From IMG/VR virus record IMGVR_UViG_3300025413_001239: 64,000 nt of DNA. One strand, written 5' to 3'. The position numbers and the translations under genes were made by a program. Positions 1 through 9,767 of the stretch are shown here, one piece after another. Each line of letters starts with the position of its first letter. Position 1 is the first letter of the stretch. The DNA is from a virus. Lineage: Duplodnaviria; Caudoviricetes. The notes beneath the pieces are model-generated. The model made no database searches and was not told the DNA's origin. It was given only the letters and a program-made list of their open reading frames with translations.

Positions 1-1
1 A

Positions 2-1051
2 CTTAACACAGTTGATTACCCTAATAAGACAAAAAAGCAACAAATAGAATGGATTGGTAAATCTGAGGGCTATGAAATAGACTTCGGTAACGGTGTCGTA
101 GTGTTTACTACAAAGCCTGAAACAATCCTTGATGTTGAGTTTATCGTTGTACCTCTTGAAGAAGATGGTATCGAAAAACAAATAGGTGAAGCAACATGCC
201 CAGTCAGCGGTAAAACTATTCCTATTTGGACAGCCAATTATGTTATTAAGGGTTACGGTACTGGTTACGTTATGGGTGTTCCTAACGATGATAAGAGGGA
301 CCGAGACTTCGCTATCAGACATGCAATCGAATTTAATGAAGATAAAAGCAATATCTCAGATGAATCGTTTGTGAAGACTTTTGCTAAACCTAAGACTAAT
401 TACAGACTTAAGGATTGGTGTGTATCGAGGCAAAGAAGCTGGGGTTGTCCTATTCCTGTTGAGGATGAAACAGATACGCTTGACACGTTTGTAGATAGTT
501 CATTTTATACTATTGAATACGATAAGACAAGACCTGTTGATGTTTATGTTGGTGGTAACGAACACGCATGTGGTCATTTGATTTTTTCCAGATTTATCTG
601 TAAATTTTTATTTGATATTGGTTATATTGATTTCGATGAACCATTTAAACAAGTGATTCATCAAGGTATGATACTTGGAACCGATGGTGAGAAGATGTCT
701 AAATCTAAGGGTAATGTAATTAACCCTGATAGCTATTCACCTCAATTATTAAAAATGTATCTAATGTTTATAAACCATTATTTTGATGGCGGTAAATGGC
801 AAGATAACGGATATAAAGGTTGTGAAAGATTTAAAAATAAATTATTTAACTGGCTTAATACAGCTGAGGATAACATTACCGATACAATTGATTTTTATAA
901 ATTTGAATCAGTTATTTTAGACTATTGGGATAGATGGAAAACAAATAAAGTTGTTTCGGAATGGATGGTTTTTTATAATAACAATAAAGATAAAAAAATT
1001 AGCAAAGAGATGGCTACAAAAATAGAGTATTTCTTCAATACTTGTTTTTAA
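2..1051 (+). CDS. leuS: Leucyl-tRNA synthetase, compact phage form; 5' end lies outside the window
   Basis: Frame open from base 2 (QIEWIGKSEG...FTTKPET). Editing-domain GTGYVMGVP...RD, RLKDWCVSRQRSWGCPIP, DTLDTFVDSSFY and KMSKS motifs. Confidence 0.9.
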   Translation, partial: LNTVDYPNKTKKQQIEWIGKSEGYEIDFGNGVVVFTTKPETILDVEFIVVPLEEDGIEKQIGEATCPVSGKTIPIWTANYVIKGYGTGYVMGVPNDDKRDRDFAIRHAIEFNEDKSNISDESFVKTFAKPKTNYRLKDWCVSRQRSWGCPIPVEDETDTLDTFVDSSFYTIEYDKTRPVDVYVGGNEHACGHLIFSRFICKFLFDIGYIDFDEPFKQVIHQGMILGTDGEKMSKSKGNVINPDSYSPQLLKMYLMFINHYFDGGKWQDNGYKGCERFKNKLFNWLNTAEDNITDTIDFYKFESVILDYWDRWKTNKVVSEWMVFYNNNKDKKISKEMATKIEYFFNTCF

Positions 1052-1078
1052 AACATATGGGGGTTACCCCATATGTTT
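1051..1078. terminator. Bidirectional intrinsic terminator between convergent leuS and GIY-YIG genes
   Basis: Perfect inverted repeat AAACATATGGGG-GTTA-CCCCATATGTTT. Confidence 0.7.
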
Positions 1079-1807
1079 TGTTATTTCTTTAAACCAATTA
1101 TTTTTATTTGAAATAGTATATGCACTAGGTGAATTTTTTCTAAACTCTTCTTTAAGTTTATATTTATTTGCTTCCTCAATACATTTTTCAATTGTCCAAT
1201 AACCTACAGGTTTTCTTAATTCTGGAAATATTTTCATTATATCATTTAACCAATTATTTTTTTTTGCTGATGACCAAGCACCATGGTATTTTGTAATAAA
1301 TTCTTTTTTTGATTTACAATTTTTTGCCGCCTCATAACATTTATCTTTAGTCCAATATAATTTACCTGTCCCTAATTCACCACCATCACTTTTATTTAAT
1401 ACTGTCCAATTTAATTCTCTATATTTTTTTATTAATGACTTTTCAATTTGAATTGCTTCATCTAAATTTATATAATCGGAAATTTGAATTAAATTTGGTT
1501 CTAAACCAGTTTTCATAATATGTTGGTATACTGGACTATTAATTCTATGGTGGTTTTTATTTCGTTCATTTAAATTATGGGTTATACCAATATATATTGT
1601 TTTTTCACTAAACTCGTATATATAAACGCATCTAAATAGTTTATTACCTTTAATGTTCTCATAATTAGACCAAATTTCATTAACCCAACCATTTCTTCTC
1701 ATAGCCATAAATGCACCAGCAGCATTTTTAACAAAATCTTTTTTAGTTGAATATTTTTTTGATTCCTCAATACATTTTTCCTTTGTCCAATATTTTTTCT
1801 TTCTCAT
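1064..1807 (-). CDS. GIY-YIG homing endonuclease with repeated (Y)WTKEKC DNA-binding modules
   Basis: VYIYEF...IYIGITHNLNERNKNH motif; three WT.EKC..(A/S)KKY-type repeats. Confidence 0.8.
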   Translation of the reverse strand: MRKKKYWTKEKCIEESKKYSTKKDFVKNAAGAFMAMRRNGWVNEIWSNYENIKGNKLFRCVYIYEFSEKTIYIGITHNLNERNKNHHRINSPVYQHIMKTGLEPNLIQISDYINLDEAIQIEKSLIKKYRELNWTVLNKSDGGELGTGKLYWTKDKCYEAAKNCKSKKEFITKYHGAWSSAKKNNWLNDIMKIFPELRKPVGYWTIEKCIEEANKYKLKEEFRKNSPSAYTISNKNNWFKEITKHMG

Positions 1808-1927
1808 ATTAATAAATATATGTAAAAATTAAAAAGAGCATAAAAATTTTGATTTGCACCTTATTTATTTTTAAAATAATTGTTTGTATCAAAATTTTTT
1901 AGTATCTTCGCATAAAAGTAAAGTAAT

Positions 1928-2041
1928 ATGACAACAGTATTCGCAATGTTGGCGGTTTTTATTAGTCTTTTTGGTAATAAAATACATGAATTATGTATTC
2001 ATATTGCTGTAAAATTATATTTGTATTTTAATAAAAGTTAA
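1928..2041 (+). CDS. Short hydrophobic peptide; its 5' end is duplicated in the next gene
   Basis: 37-aa ORF after a promoter; 27-nt repeat at 1921-1947 and 2040-2066. Confidence 0.45.
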   Translation: MTTVFAMLAVFISLFGNKIHELCIHIAVKLYLYFNKS

Positions 2042-2046
2042 GTAAT

Positions 2047-2247
2047 ATGACAACAGTATTCGCAATTCTAGCATGGTTATTCTTAGCAAAGATTGTTTTT
2101 GAAAAACAATATAAGGCTTGTTTTAAAGCTGGTACGTATAGTAGTGATTCAGATAAACGATTTACAGCAAGATTATTTGCTATATTTGCACCATTAACTG
2201 TAATAATTTATGCAATTCGTGCAGTTTTTTTTGAAGATTGGATTTAA
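2047..2247 (+). CDS. Small membrane protein
   Basis: Two hydrophobic segments. Confidence 0.6.
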   Translation: MTTVFAILAWLFLAKIVFEKQYKACFKAGTYSSDSDKRFTARLFAIFAPLTVIIYAIRAVFFEDWI

Positions 2248-2274
2248 TTCCATATCTTTGTTGAAAATACACAT

Positions 2275-3000
2275 ATGGTACAACAGTTATTGAGTTTGTT
2301 AGTTCTAGTAATACTAGAGTTGGTGTTAGGTATTGATAACCTTATCTTCGTGAATATTATCATTGATAACTCACATCATAAGGTAAGAACCAAACTAAGG
2401 AGGGTTTGGGCTATTTGTGGTGTTATCACTAGGTCAATCTTATTGTTTGGTTTAAGTTGGCTTTTATCACAGAAGGGTAAACCTATTATAACGCTTTTTG
2501 ATAAGGGTTTTGATTTAGCTAGTCTGGTTATGTTATCGGGTGGTTTATTCCTGATATATAAGACTGTATTAGAGATACATGAGAAGCTAGAAGGTGAATC
2601 AACGCATTCACATAGCAATCATCAAATGCCGTTTCATAAGGCTGTAATCCAAATCATTCTTATTGATATGGTATTTAGCTTTGATAGTGTGATAACCGCT
2701 GGCGGTACGGCAAAGGTACTATGGGTCATGATTTTGGCCGTTATTATCGCCATGATTGGCATGTTTTACTTTAGTGAAGCAATCGCCAACTTTATACATA
2801 AGAGGCCAACCCTTAAGATATTAGCCCTGTCGTTTTTGGTTATGATTGGGTTTACGCTAGTAGTTGAAGGATTCAGTAGTGAAGCTGCTGAAACACTTAA
2901 CCTAAAGAATTACGTTTATTTTGCGATGTTATTCTCGTTTGGTGTTGAGTTAATTAATTTAAGAATCAGAAAAAAGAAGAATTATGATATTGATAAGTAG
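2275..3000 (+). CDS. terC: TerC-family integral membrane protein
   Basis: LELVLGIDNL, IILIDMVFSFDSVITA and PTLKILALSFLVMIG motifs. Confidence 0.9.
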   Translation: MVQQLLSLLVLVILELVLGIDNLIFVNIIIDNSHHKVRTKLRRVWAICGVITRSILLFGLSWLLSQKGKPIITLFDKGFDLASLVMLSGGLFLIYKTVLEIHEKLEGESTHSHSNHQMPFHKAVIQIILIDMVFSFDSVITAGGTAKVLWVMILAVIIAMIGMFYFSEAIANFIHKRPTLKILALSFLVMIGFTLVVEGFSSEAAETLNLKNYVYFAMLFSFGVELINLRIRKKKNYDIDK

Positions 3001-3310
3001 TCCTTATAGTCACCCAGATGTGACGATTAAGATGGAAAGGGTTAAGAAGATTGCAATATTTGTTGATGCTGAAATCAAGAAAAGCAATTTGGTTTTCTCA
3101 CCAGTATTATATGGACTTAAGGTCTTACAATATGTGGATGGAATGGACGATTGGGCAACATGGAAAACATTTTGCGAAAACGCAATTTTGGTATCTAATG
3201 AAGTTTGGGTGCTTATGTTCGAAGGTTGGGATAAATCCACAGGTGTTAAGGCTGAGATTGAATTCGCAATAGCTAATAACATCCCAGTCAAGTATATAAC
3301 CATTGAGTAA
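2984..3310 (+). CDS. DUF1937-like / nucleoside deoxyribosyltransferase-like protein
   Basis: ISSPYSHP...VFSPV...WDKSTGVKAEIEFA pattern. Confidence 0.7.
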   Translation: MILISSPYSHPDVTIKMERVKKIAIFVDAEIKKSNLVFSPVLYGLKVLQYVDGMDDWATWKTFCENAILVSNEVWVLMFEGWDKSTGVKAEIEFAIANNIPVKYITIE

Positions 3311-3522
3311 TGTTAGAGTTCAAAAAGCCTATACCTGTTATCGTTGAAGAAGACAAAGAAGGCTACGCATTATATGTTACTGATAGTGGTCTATTAGAGA
3401 ATGACATTTGGTGTATTGTGTTATGTGATGGTGGTCATGTTAGACATTATCGTTCTGACCAAATTAAAATTCATGCAAACGCAACGTTTGGGATTAAAAA
3501 AGATAAAAATGAAAAAGATTAA
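3310..3522 (+). CDS. Hypothetical protein
   Basis: ORF coupled to upstream gene. Confidence 0.6.
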   Translation: MLEFKKPIPVIVEEDKEGYALYVTDSGLLENDIWCIVLCDGGHVRHYRSDQIKIHANATFGIKKDKNEKD

Positions 3523-3763
3523 AGGTTTAGTGTTAATTGTACTTGGTGTACTTATTTTTATGTCGGGTCTGGTTATACTTACATCAAGCACCGATAGAGA
3601 TAATAATTATTTTTATTACAGTCGTGGTTATACCTTAATTGAAAAAAATCAGGGTGGCCATGAGTATAAGGGTAGATACAATGGTGATTATTTCTTCACT
3701 GTACGGTATGATGACGATAAGAATACTTTTTGGACTAAAGAGGTTATAGTTAAATATATCTAG
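3509..3763 (+). CDS. Membrane-anchored hypothetical protein (start moved to ATG 3509)
   Basis: MKKIKGLVLIVLGVLIFMSGLVIL signal/TM segment. Confidence 0.6.
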   Translation: MKKIKGLVLIVLGVLIFMSGLVILTSSTDRDNNYFYYSRGYTLIEKNQGGHEYKGRYNGDYFFTVRYDDDKNTFWTKEVIVKYI

Positions 3764-3784
3764 GAAATTTTATTAAATCTTATT

Positions 3785-4036
3785 ATGTTTATCAAAAAAT
3801 GTAGGAAATCTAAATTTAAAAATAAAATAACCATTTTAACCAAGGTTAATTATTTAATTAAAAGTGGTCGATGGAATAACAAAGATAATAGCCATCGCAT
3901 TTACTATTGTGAAACTTGTAAAGCATGGCATATGACTTCTATGGTTGAGTCAGAATTTGACCCGACAATAAAGCCTGTTGATGTTACTGTTACATTCACT
4001 GATAGATGGGATGCATTACTAAAAAAAGATATATGA
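3785..4036 (+). CDS. Small zinc-finger-like protein
   Basis: RIYYCETCKAWHMTS motif. Confidence 0.55.
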   Translation: MFIKKCRKSKFKNKITILTKVNYLIKSGRWNNKDNSHRIYYCETCKAWHMTSMVESEFDPTIKPVDVTVTFTDRWDALLKKDI

Positions 4037-4315
4037 TTTGGTTGTATATCATTTTAGGTTATTTCTTTTTATATAAGTTATTTTCAAACAGCAAATTACA
4101 TGATGAATAATTATGGGAAAATTAATAGTTAAGTACAATGGTGGGTTAAGCGCAATTTTATGCTCGTTGTGTGAAAAGATTATAAAGACTGGCAAGGACT
4201 ACACAGATGAAGAAGCAGCTTATTCTAGGGGTGAAATTAAGGATTTACCTGAACAGCATTGTGATAGTTGTAAATTACTTCTTGGTAAACCCAAATAATT
4301 TCGTATATTTGCAGC

Positions 4316-5050
4316 ATGTGTTATAAAAAGAAAATATTATTGGTCTTATTTACCCTTATATTCACATGTATAAGGGGTCAATTTAAAAGTACTAGCTCAA
4401 TTGGTGGTAATTATTCACAAGGAAATACTGGCCTTATGCTTGGTTCACTTCAATCTGTTTTACAGTTTGATTCAACTAAGTTTTATGCTAATGTATCACC
4501 TTACTTTTGTTATAGCCAAGTCATGTCTGGTGGTCAATGGGTTACAAAGCAACGTGAATCATACTTAACCACTTCATTTTTAAGAAAATTTGATGATGTC
4601 AATTTCTATGTATTTACAGATGTAGAAAATTCACTTCAAAAGAAATTCAATTTAAGAGCATCTGTTGGTGTTGGTTTAGGTAAATACATTGAAAATAAAA
4701 ATATACGTATATCAACTTCTTTAGGTGTTATGCCTGAATATTATAGTTCATTTTCAAATCAAATTGAAAAGTCCTTAAGATTATCTTTAAGATTACATAT
4801 ACAAACTAAAGGTAAAATGAATTTTAGCACTATAACGCTTATACAACCAGCGATTCTCATGGACCCATTCATAGGTTATAAAAATAACTTTAATTTGAGG
4901 TCAACAAATAACTTTAGTGTTCCGATAAGTAAAACGTTATCAGTAGGTTTACAAGTACTTGTAACAACATCTACGTTATCTGAATACACCAGTACAACGA
5001 TAAAAGCAACGGATATTACTTCATCATTCATAATAACATATTCAAAATAA
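4316..5050 (+). CDS. Outer-membrane beta-barrel protein, DUF481-like
   Basis: Signal peptide, GGNYSQGNT, LRASVGVGLG, alternating beta-strand pattern. Confidence 0.65.
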   Translation: MCYKKKILLVLFTLIFTCIRGQFKSTSSIGGNYSQGNTGLMLGSLQSVLQFDSTKFYANVSPYFCYSQVMSGGQWVTKQRESYLTTSFLRKFDDVNFYVFTDVENSLQKKFNLRASVGVGLGKYIENKNIRISTSLGVMPEYYSSFSNQIEKSLRLSLRLHIQTKGKMNFSTITLIQPAILMDPFIGYKNNFNLRSTNNFSVPISKTLSVGLQVLVTTSTLSEYTSTTIKATDITSSFIITYSK

Positions 5051-5258
5051 ATTTCATCAAAACGATAAAAAAACTAAAATAAATTTGTTTAATTCAATAA
5101 AATTAAGTATATTTGCAACATGAAAATAAATAGAAAGTTACTCGTCTTGATTACAAGCATTATCTTTGTAATCCCTTTTGTAATACTAGTTATATGTGCT
5201 ATTGATGCATCTCTTTATGGTCGTTCATTTGGTAGTACAGTTTTAGATAATTTAATAA

Positions 5259-5756
5259 ATGATTAGCATGAAAAAGTTATTCACACTATTTATGGTATTG
5301 ATTACCATATCTTCATATTCACAGAAATACATATCGTTCACGCCATCAATATTTACAAACGCTGGTTCATTCAATGATAGATTTAGCCCAACAATTGAGG
5401 TTGGACAACAATTTAAATCCTTTAGTCTTGGGTTAGACGTTGGTAAGCTAAATACAACACCACAAAATAGAAATGGTTATAAGGATAGCACTTTCTATTT
5501 TGAAGTTAGACCCAATCTGAATGTATTTCAACAAGATAAATTTACAAATACACTTACAATTGGTTTAGGTTATGTTGTTAATTCATCACAACCAATTATG
5601 AATGAATTTACAACTGGTATGGAATATACACCTAATGAAAGATGGTCTTATAATATTTACTTCGGTACTTATTACTTTAGTGGTAAATCAGCTGCTAGTA
5701 ATAGCAATTTTTTTGGCGTATCTTTTATGTATTTTCTTAAACCTTATAAATTTTAG
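5259..5756 (+). CDS. Secreted or outer-membrane beta-barrel-like protein
   Basis: Bacteroidota-style signal peptide (MKKLFTLF...SYSQ), amphipathic strands, terminal Phe. Confidence 0.55.
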   Translation: MISMKKLFTLFMVLITISSYSQKYISFTPSIFTNAGSFNDRFSPTIEVGQQFKSFSLGLDVGKLNTTPQNRNGYKDSTFYFEVRPNLNVFQQDKFTNTLTIGLGYVVNSSQPIMNEFTTGMEYTPNERWSYNIYFGTYYFSGKSAASNSNFFGVSFMYFLKPYKF

Positions 5757-5779
5757 ATATATATTAAATAAAAAATAAT

Positions 5780-6157
5780 ATGCTTTTACCAGTATATGGC
5801 GGAACGCTAATTAAAAAAGAAAACAAATGGTTTGTTACATTTACACGAACCATAAACACACCAACACTATTTCCAGAAGAGAAAGTTGTTGAAGAAGAAT
5901 TACAAGTATTTCCAGATGAAAAGTACCCTCTGGAATCGCTTGAAGCGAATGTGGATAAAATTGTTGATTTTACGGTAGCTAAGAAGTTTTTGGCTAAAGA
6001 AACTCTTTGGTATGCAAAGATAAACGTAACACCTAAAAAAGAAACTTGGGATGATTTGGTTGCTAAATTTAAGTCTGAGGTCAAATGGTCTTCTGATGTA
6101 AACGTTATGTTTATTGAATGGCTTAAGGAAACATATAAGGTCCCAAAAAAGAAGTAA
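5780..6157 (+). CDS. Hypothetical protein
   Basis: ORF in same-strand gene run. Confidence 0.6.
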   Translation: MLLPVYGGTLIKKENKWFVTFTRTINTPTLFPEEKVVEEELQVFPDEKYPLESLEANVDKIVDFTVAKKFLAKETLWYAKINVTPKKETWDDLVAKFKSEVKWSSDVNVMFIEWLKETYKVPKKK

Positions 6158-6315
6158 CATGAAGTTATGGCGATTATGGGCAAAGGCCCTTGGAGAGAAA
6201 GCTGGCAGCACAAATGAAGAGGCTGATAGGATAGCTATCATTAGAACAATTATTATTTTAATCTATCTTGGAACAAACATTTGTATTGTTGCTGGGATAA
6301 TAAGACATTGGTGAA

Positions 6316-6567
6316 ATGGAAGAGAAGTTAAAGGCTAAGGAATTAGTTCAAGAGTTTTACAATATTATTAGCGAAGGTATGGAAAGAAATCCACCAGAAG
6401 AACATATGATTTCTCATATACTCGCACCAATGTATTGGGATAAAGCTAAAGAATGTGCTAAAAGAGAACTAGCTAATATCCTTCAAGTGATTGATGAATC
6501 CATACTTTACAAGCAAAAGAAAAGGGATTTCTGGAAAAACGTTGATAATGAAATTGATAAGTTATGA
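6316..6567 (+). CDS. Small protein, paralog family M(T/E).K.KA.EL
   Basis: Similar to ORFs at 7344 and 7508. Confidence 0.6.
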   Translation: MEEKLKAKELVQEFYNIISEGMERNPPEEHMISHILAPMYWDKAKECAKRELANILQVIDESILYKQKKRDFWKNVDNEIDKL

Positions 6568-7343
6568 TAACAGCAGAACATTGGGTTAACCAACAATTCA
6601 GTAAACAGATTATATCAGAAGATATCTATGCTTCTAAACAAGGTATTATTGAAGCTATGGTAATATTTGCTAAACTTCATGTTGAAGCAGCATTAAAAGA
6701 AGCTATTAAACAACTACCAGTTGATGATAAATTAAATAAGGATATTTTTGTTATGGAAAAAATAATAAATTGCTATCCACTAACAAACATAAAATAAAAA
6801 GTTATGATATATATTTTATTAACATTATACTTGTTGGGTGTGTTTATAACACCTATCATTTATCTAAATATGTCTTTTTCACTTAAGTATACACCGATAA
6901 CCAGCTTTTTCGGTTTGATTATCAGGTCTGTATTTTGGCCATTAGCTATAATTGAACGTATCTTTTTTTATTGAAAATATTAAATTATGAATATTAAAAA
7001 AGTCTTAAAAAGATTAGTTGGTGTTAACATATTAATAAATCTATTTGTTATACTAGTATGTTTGGGTGATACTCAAAACAAATATGGTAAGGTATTCATA
7101 GAGAAATATTCTTGTGTGTTAATTATTTGTTTAAAATCATGTTGTGTTATAGTATTAGCACTTTTATTGATATTTTTAATAGCGTGGTGCTTTGGTATAA
7201 CCGAAGAAAATAACGATGACGACAATAATTTTGATTATTATTATTAAATTATGATAGAAAAATACTAAATCACGAGAGTTTTATTCTCGTTCAATGAACC
7301 CAGTTGGTAAAGATAATATTATTAACCCATTAAATAAATTAAA

Positions 7344-7511
7344 ATGACACCAAAAGAAAAAGCAAGAGAATTATTTGAAAAATATACAGATTATTCTGAC
7401 AGCCAAAAACAATGTGCATTAATTGCAGTTGAGGAAATATTAGGACATATGGGAGCTGATAGAGGTTATAAATTTTGGACTGAAGTTAAACAAGAATTAG
7501 AAAAGCTATGA
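7344..7511 (+). CDS. Small protein, tandem paralog (55 aa, not in ORF track)
   Basis: MTPKEKARELF...GHMGADRGYKFWTEVKQELEKL. Confidence 0.7.
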   Translation: MTPKEKARELFEKYTDYSDSQKQCALIAVEEILGHMGADRGYKFWTEVKQELEKL

Positions 7512-7735
7512 CACCAAAAGAAAAAGCTTGGGAGCTTGTATCTAAATTCGGCCAAATATACGTATGGGATAACAATATGCCTAACGAATTTAATGAAGAG
7601 TTCAGTGGAACAATGCCTAGGCAAATAGCCAAAGAATGCGCTTTAATATGTTGCAATGAAGTATTAGGTCATATGGGTGCTGATAGAGGTTATGCATTTT
7701 GGACCGAAGTAAAACAAGAAATTGATAGCTTATGA
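7508..7735 (+). CDS. Small protein, tandem paralog
   Basis: MTPKEKAWELV...GHMGADRGYAFWTEVKQEIDSL. Confidence 0.7.
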   Translation: MTPKEKAWELVSKFGQIYVWDNNMPNEFNEEFSGTMPRQIAKECALICCNEVLGHMGADRGYAFWTEVKQEIDSL

Positions 7736-8142
7736 AATTAAAAATTAACACGCCATTAATTAATGGTGAATACGTTAAATTACAAAATAGAAAAGAAATT
7801 CAACATTTCTTCTCGGCAATTTCTGATAACGAATTACAAAATTATATTGACACAGCCGTTGATTTAAATAATTTGTATTCAAATTATTATTTTCAATTTT
7901 TTGATTCATTTAATGATTTTCGTTACTATATTTTATTTAAAACGTTTGAGATTAAGAAAAATATTTTACTTAGAGAGTTAATTTCAAACTCTTTAAAAAA
8001 GAAGTATAATCTTGATGATATTACTCCTTATTTTAAGGATGGTATGTTGTTAAATAGTGAGGATGAAAATGATTTTTATGTTATGATTCAAATTTTTAAA
8101 GATACAACATTAGATGATATGTTAAAATATTCTAATCTATGA
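7732..8142 (+). CDS. Hypothetical protein
   Basis: Coupled ORF. Confidence 0.55.
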   Translation: MKLKINTPLINGEYVKLQNRKEIQHFFSAISDNELQNYIDTAVDLNNLYSNYYFQFFDSFNDFRYYILFKTFEIKKNILLRELISNSLKKKYNLDDITPYFKDGMLLNSEDENDFYVMIQIFKDTTLDDMLKYSNL

Positions 8143-8379
8143 TAACAGACGTTAAGGATATTTTAGAGTTTGCTGAATGGCGGCATAATAACCGATGGTT
8201 CGATTATGACATCGAAGCTAATAAATGGCGACATACCTTTATGTGGGGTAAATGAACTGTTCATTAAAACTTAAAAAATATTAGTAAAAATTAGATAAAA
8301 ATAAATGCGTGTATTTTTGTCTTTTTCATTTTTTCAATATATTTATTATTAAGGGTGTAAATACATCCATCGTTAAATT

Positions 8380-9612
8380 ATGTTAAGAGCAATTAAAATA
8401 AGACTTTACCCAAATAAAACTCAACAAAGTTATATTAATAACTTGATGGGTTGTTATCGTAAAGTATATAATCTATCTCTTAATTATAAGATAAACGAAT
8501 ATAACTTAAATGGTGAAAACGCTAATATGAAAAGTATTGGTAATCAATTTCATAATAATTGGACAAAATCAGATGATTACCAATACCTAAATAATCATAA
8601 CACAAAAGTTTTGAAACAAGCAATTATTAATATGCTTGATTCGTATAAAAGATTTTTTGTTAATGGTAATGGTTATCCTAAATTTAAATCAAAACATGAT
8701 AATAAACAATCATGCAGATTTCCATCAGAAGCAATATCTAAACGTAACGATTATTCATCATATAAACTAACACTTATATCACAATTAAAAGATATTAAAT
8801 TTAGTTGTTCTGAAGAATATTCAAAATACTTAAACAAGCATAAAGATAATATTAGGTCTGCAACATTAACCAAAAATAAATCAGGTGAGTATTATTTAAG
8901 TATCTTAATTGATGGAGATTTATTAAAATCATTAAACACACCAAGTAATCAATTTATTGGTATTGATTTAGGTATAAAGGATTTTATTATAACGTCTAAT
9001 GGGGAAAGATTTGAAAATATTAAGATAAAAAGGGGTAATGAAAAAAAGTTAGCTAGACTACATCGTAAGTTATCTAAAAAACAAAAAGGAAGCAAGAATA
9101 AAGAAAAAGCGAGAATTAAGTTAGCTAAATTTAATCATAAACTAACTAATATTAAAGAAGAATATTTACATAAGATAAGTAATCAATTATTAAACGAAAA
9201 TCAAGTTATTGTAATTGAGGACTTAAATGTGAAGGGTATGATGAAAAATCATAATTTAGCAAAATCAATACAAGAATTAAGTCTTTACAATTTTAAGAGT
9301 AAATTATTGTATAAGAGTAATTGGTATAATAGAACAATAATTGAGATAGATAGATTTTATCCTAGTTCAAAGTTATGTTCATCTTGTGGGTATAAGAATA
9401 TTGATTTAGAACTGAGTGATAGGGAATGGACTTGTCCATCATGTAAAACAAAGCATGATAGAGATTTTAATGCTTCTATTAATATTCTAAATGAGGGGGT
9501 AAGGTTATATAATAATATAATACCCATCCGTTGTGGGGAATTAACGCCTTTGGAGAGTAGTCAACAGACACTCAATGAATTAGGAAATCGGGATTTGCAT
9601 AATATTGTGTAA
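8380..9612 (+). CDS. tnpB: TnpB RNA-guided endonuclease
   Basis: N-terminal HTH (AIKIRLYPNKTQ); RuvC-I GIDLGIK, RuvC-II IEDLNVKGM, CSSCG/CPSC zinc finger, RuvC-III DRDFNASINI. Confidence 0.93.
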   Translation: MLRAIKIRLYPNKTQQSYINNLMGCYRKVYNLSLNYKINEYNLNGENANMKSIGNQFHNNWTKSDDYQYLNNHNTKVLKQAIINMLDSYKRFFVNGNGYPKFKSKHDNKQSCRFPSEAISKRNDYSSYKLTLISQLKDIKFSCSEEYSKYLNKHKDNIRSATLTKNKSGEYYLSILIDGDLLKSLNTPSNQFIGIDLGIKDFIITSNGERFENIKIKRGNEKKLARLHRKLSKKQKGSKNKEKARIKLAKFNHKLTNIKEEYLHKISNQLLNENQVIVIEDLNVKGMMKNHNLAKSIQELSLYNFKSKLLYKSNWYNRTIIEIDRFYPSSKLCSSCGYKNIDLELSDREWTCPSCKTKHDRDFNASINILNEGVRLYNNIIPIRCGELTPLESSQQTLNELGNRDLHNIV

Positions 9613-9626
9613 GTTTCGTTGAACGG
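9500..9626 (+). ncRNA. Predicted omegaRNA scaffold overlapping the tnpB 3' end (boundaries approximate)
   Basis: Position at the element right end, as is typical for TnpB systems; GC-richer segment CCCATCCGTTGTGGGGAATTAACGCC. Confidence 0.5.
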
Positions 9627-9767
9627 TACTGCTATGAGTAAAGCTAATTATGAAAAGAATTACATGAAAACAACTGAGGAATTAACTGAATTATTTCTTA
9701 AGGATAGAGAAAAAAATTTGGTGGTTAAAAAAGATTAACGTATATTTGCATTCATAAATAAATACAA

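Larger units (their letters stand above)
8249..9626 (+). mobile_element. Non-autonomous IS607-like (tnpB-only) element, 1378 bp, bounded by a GG core
   Basis: Junctions TGGGG|TAAATG and GAACGG|TACTG; precise removal restores the host ORF; no tnpA inside. Confidence 0.7.
8139..9738 (+). pseudogene. 73-aa gene interrupted by the TnpB element
   Basis: Joining 8139-8248 to 9627-9738 gives an open frame ...HTFMW-G-TAMSKANYEKNYMKTTEEL...KKD*. Confidence 0.75.

Noticed and set aside
8249-9612. Cas12f CRISPR effector or group I IStron
   Set aside because: No array or adaptation genes nearby, and only ~130 nt precede tnpB, too short for a group I intron core.
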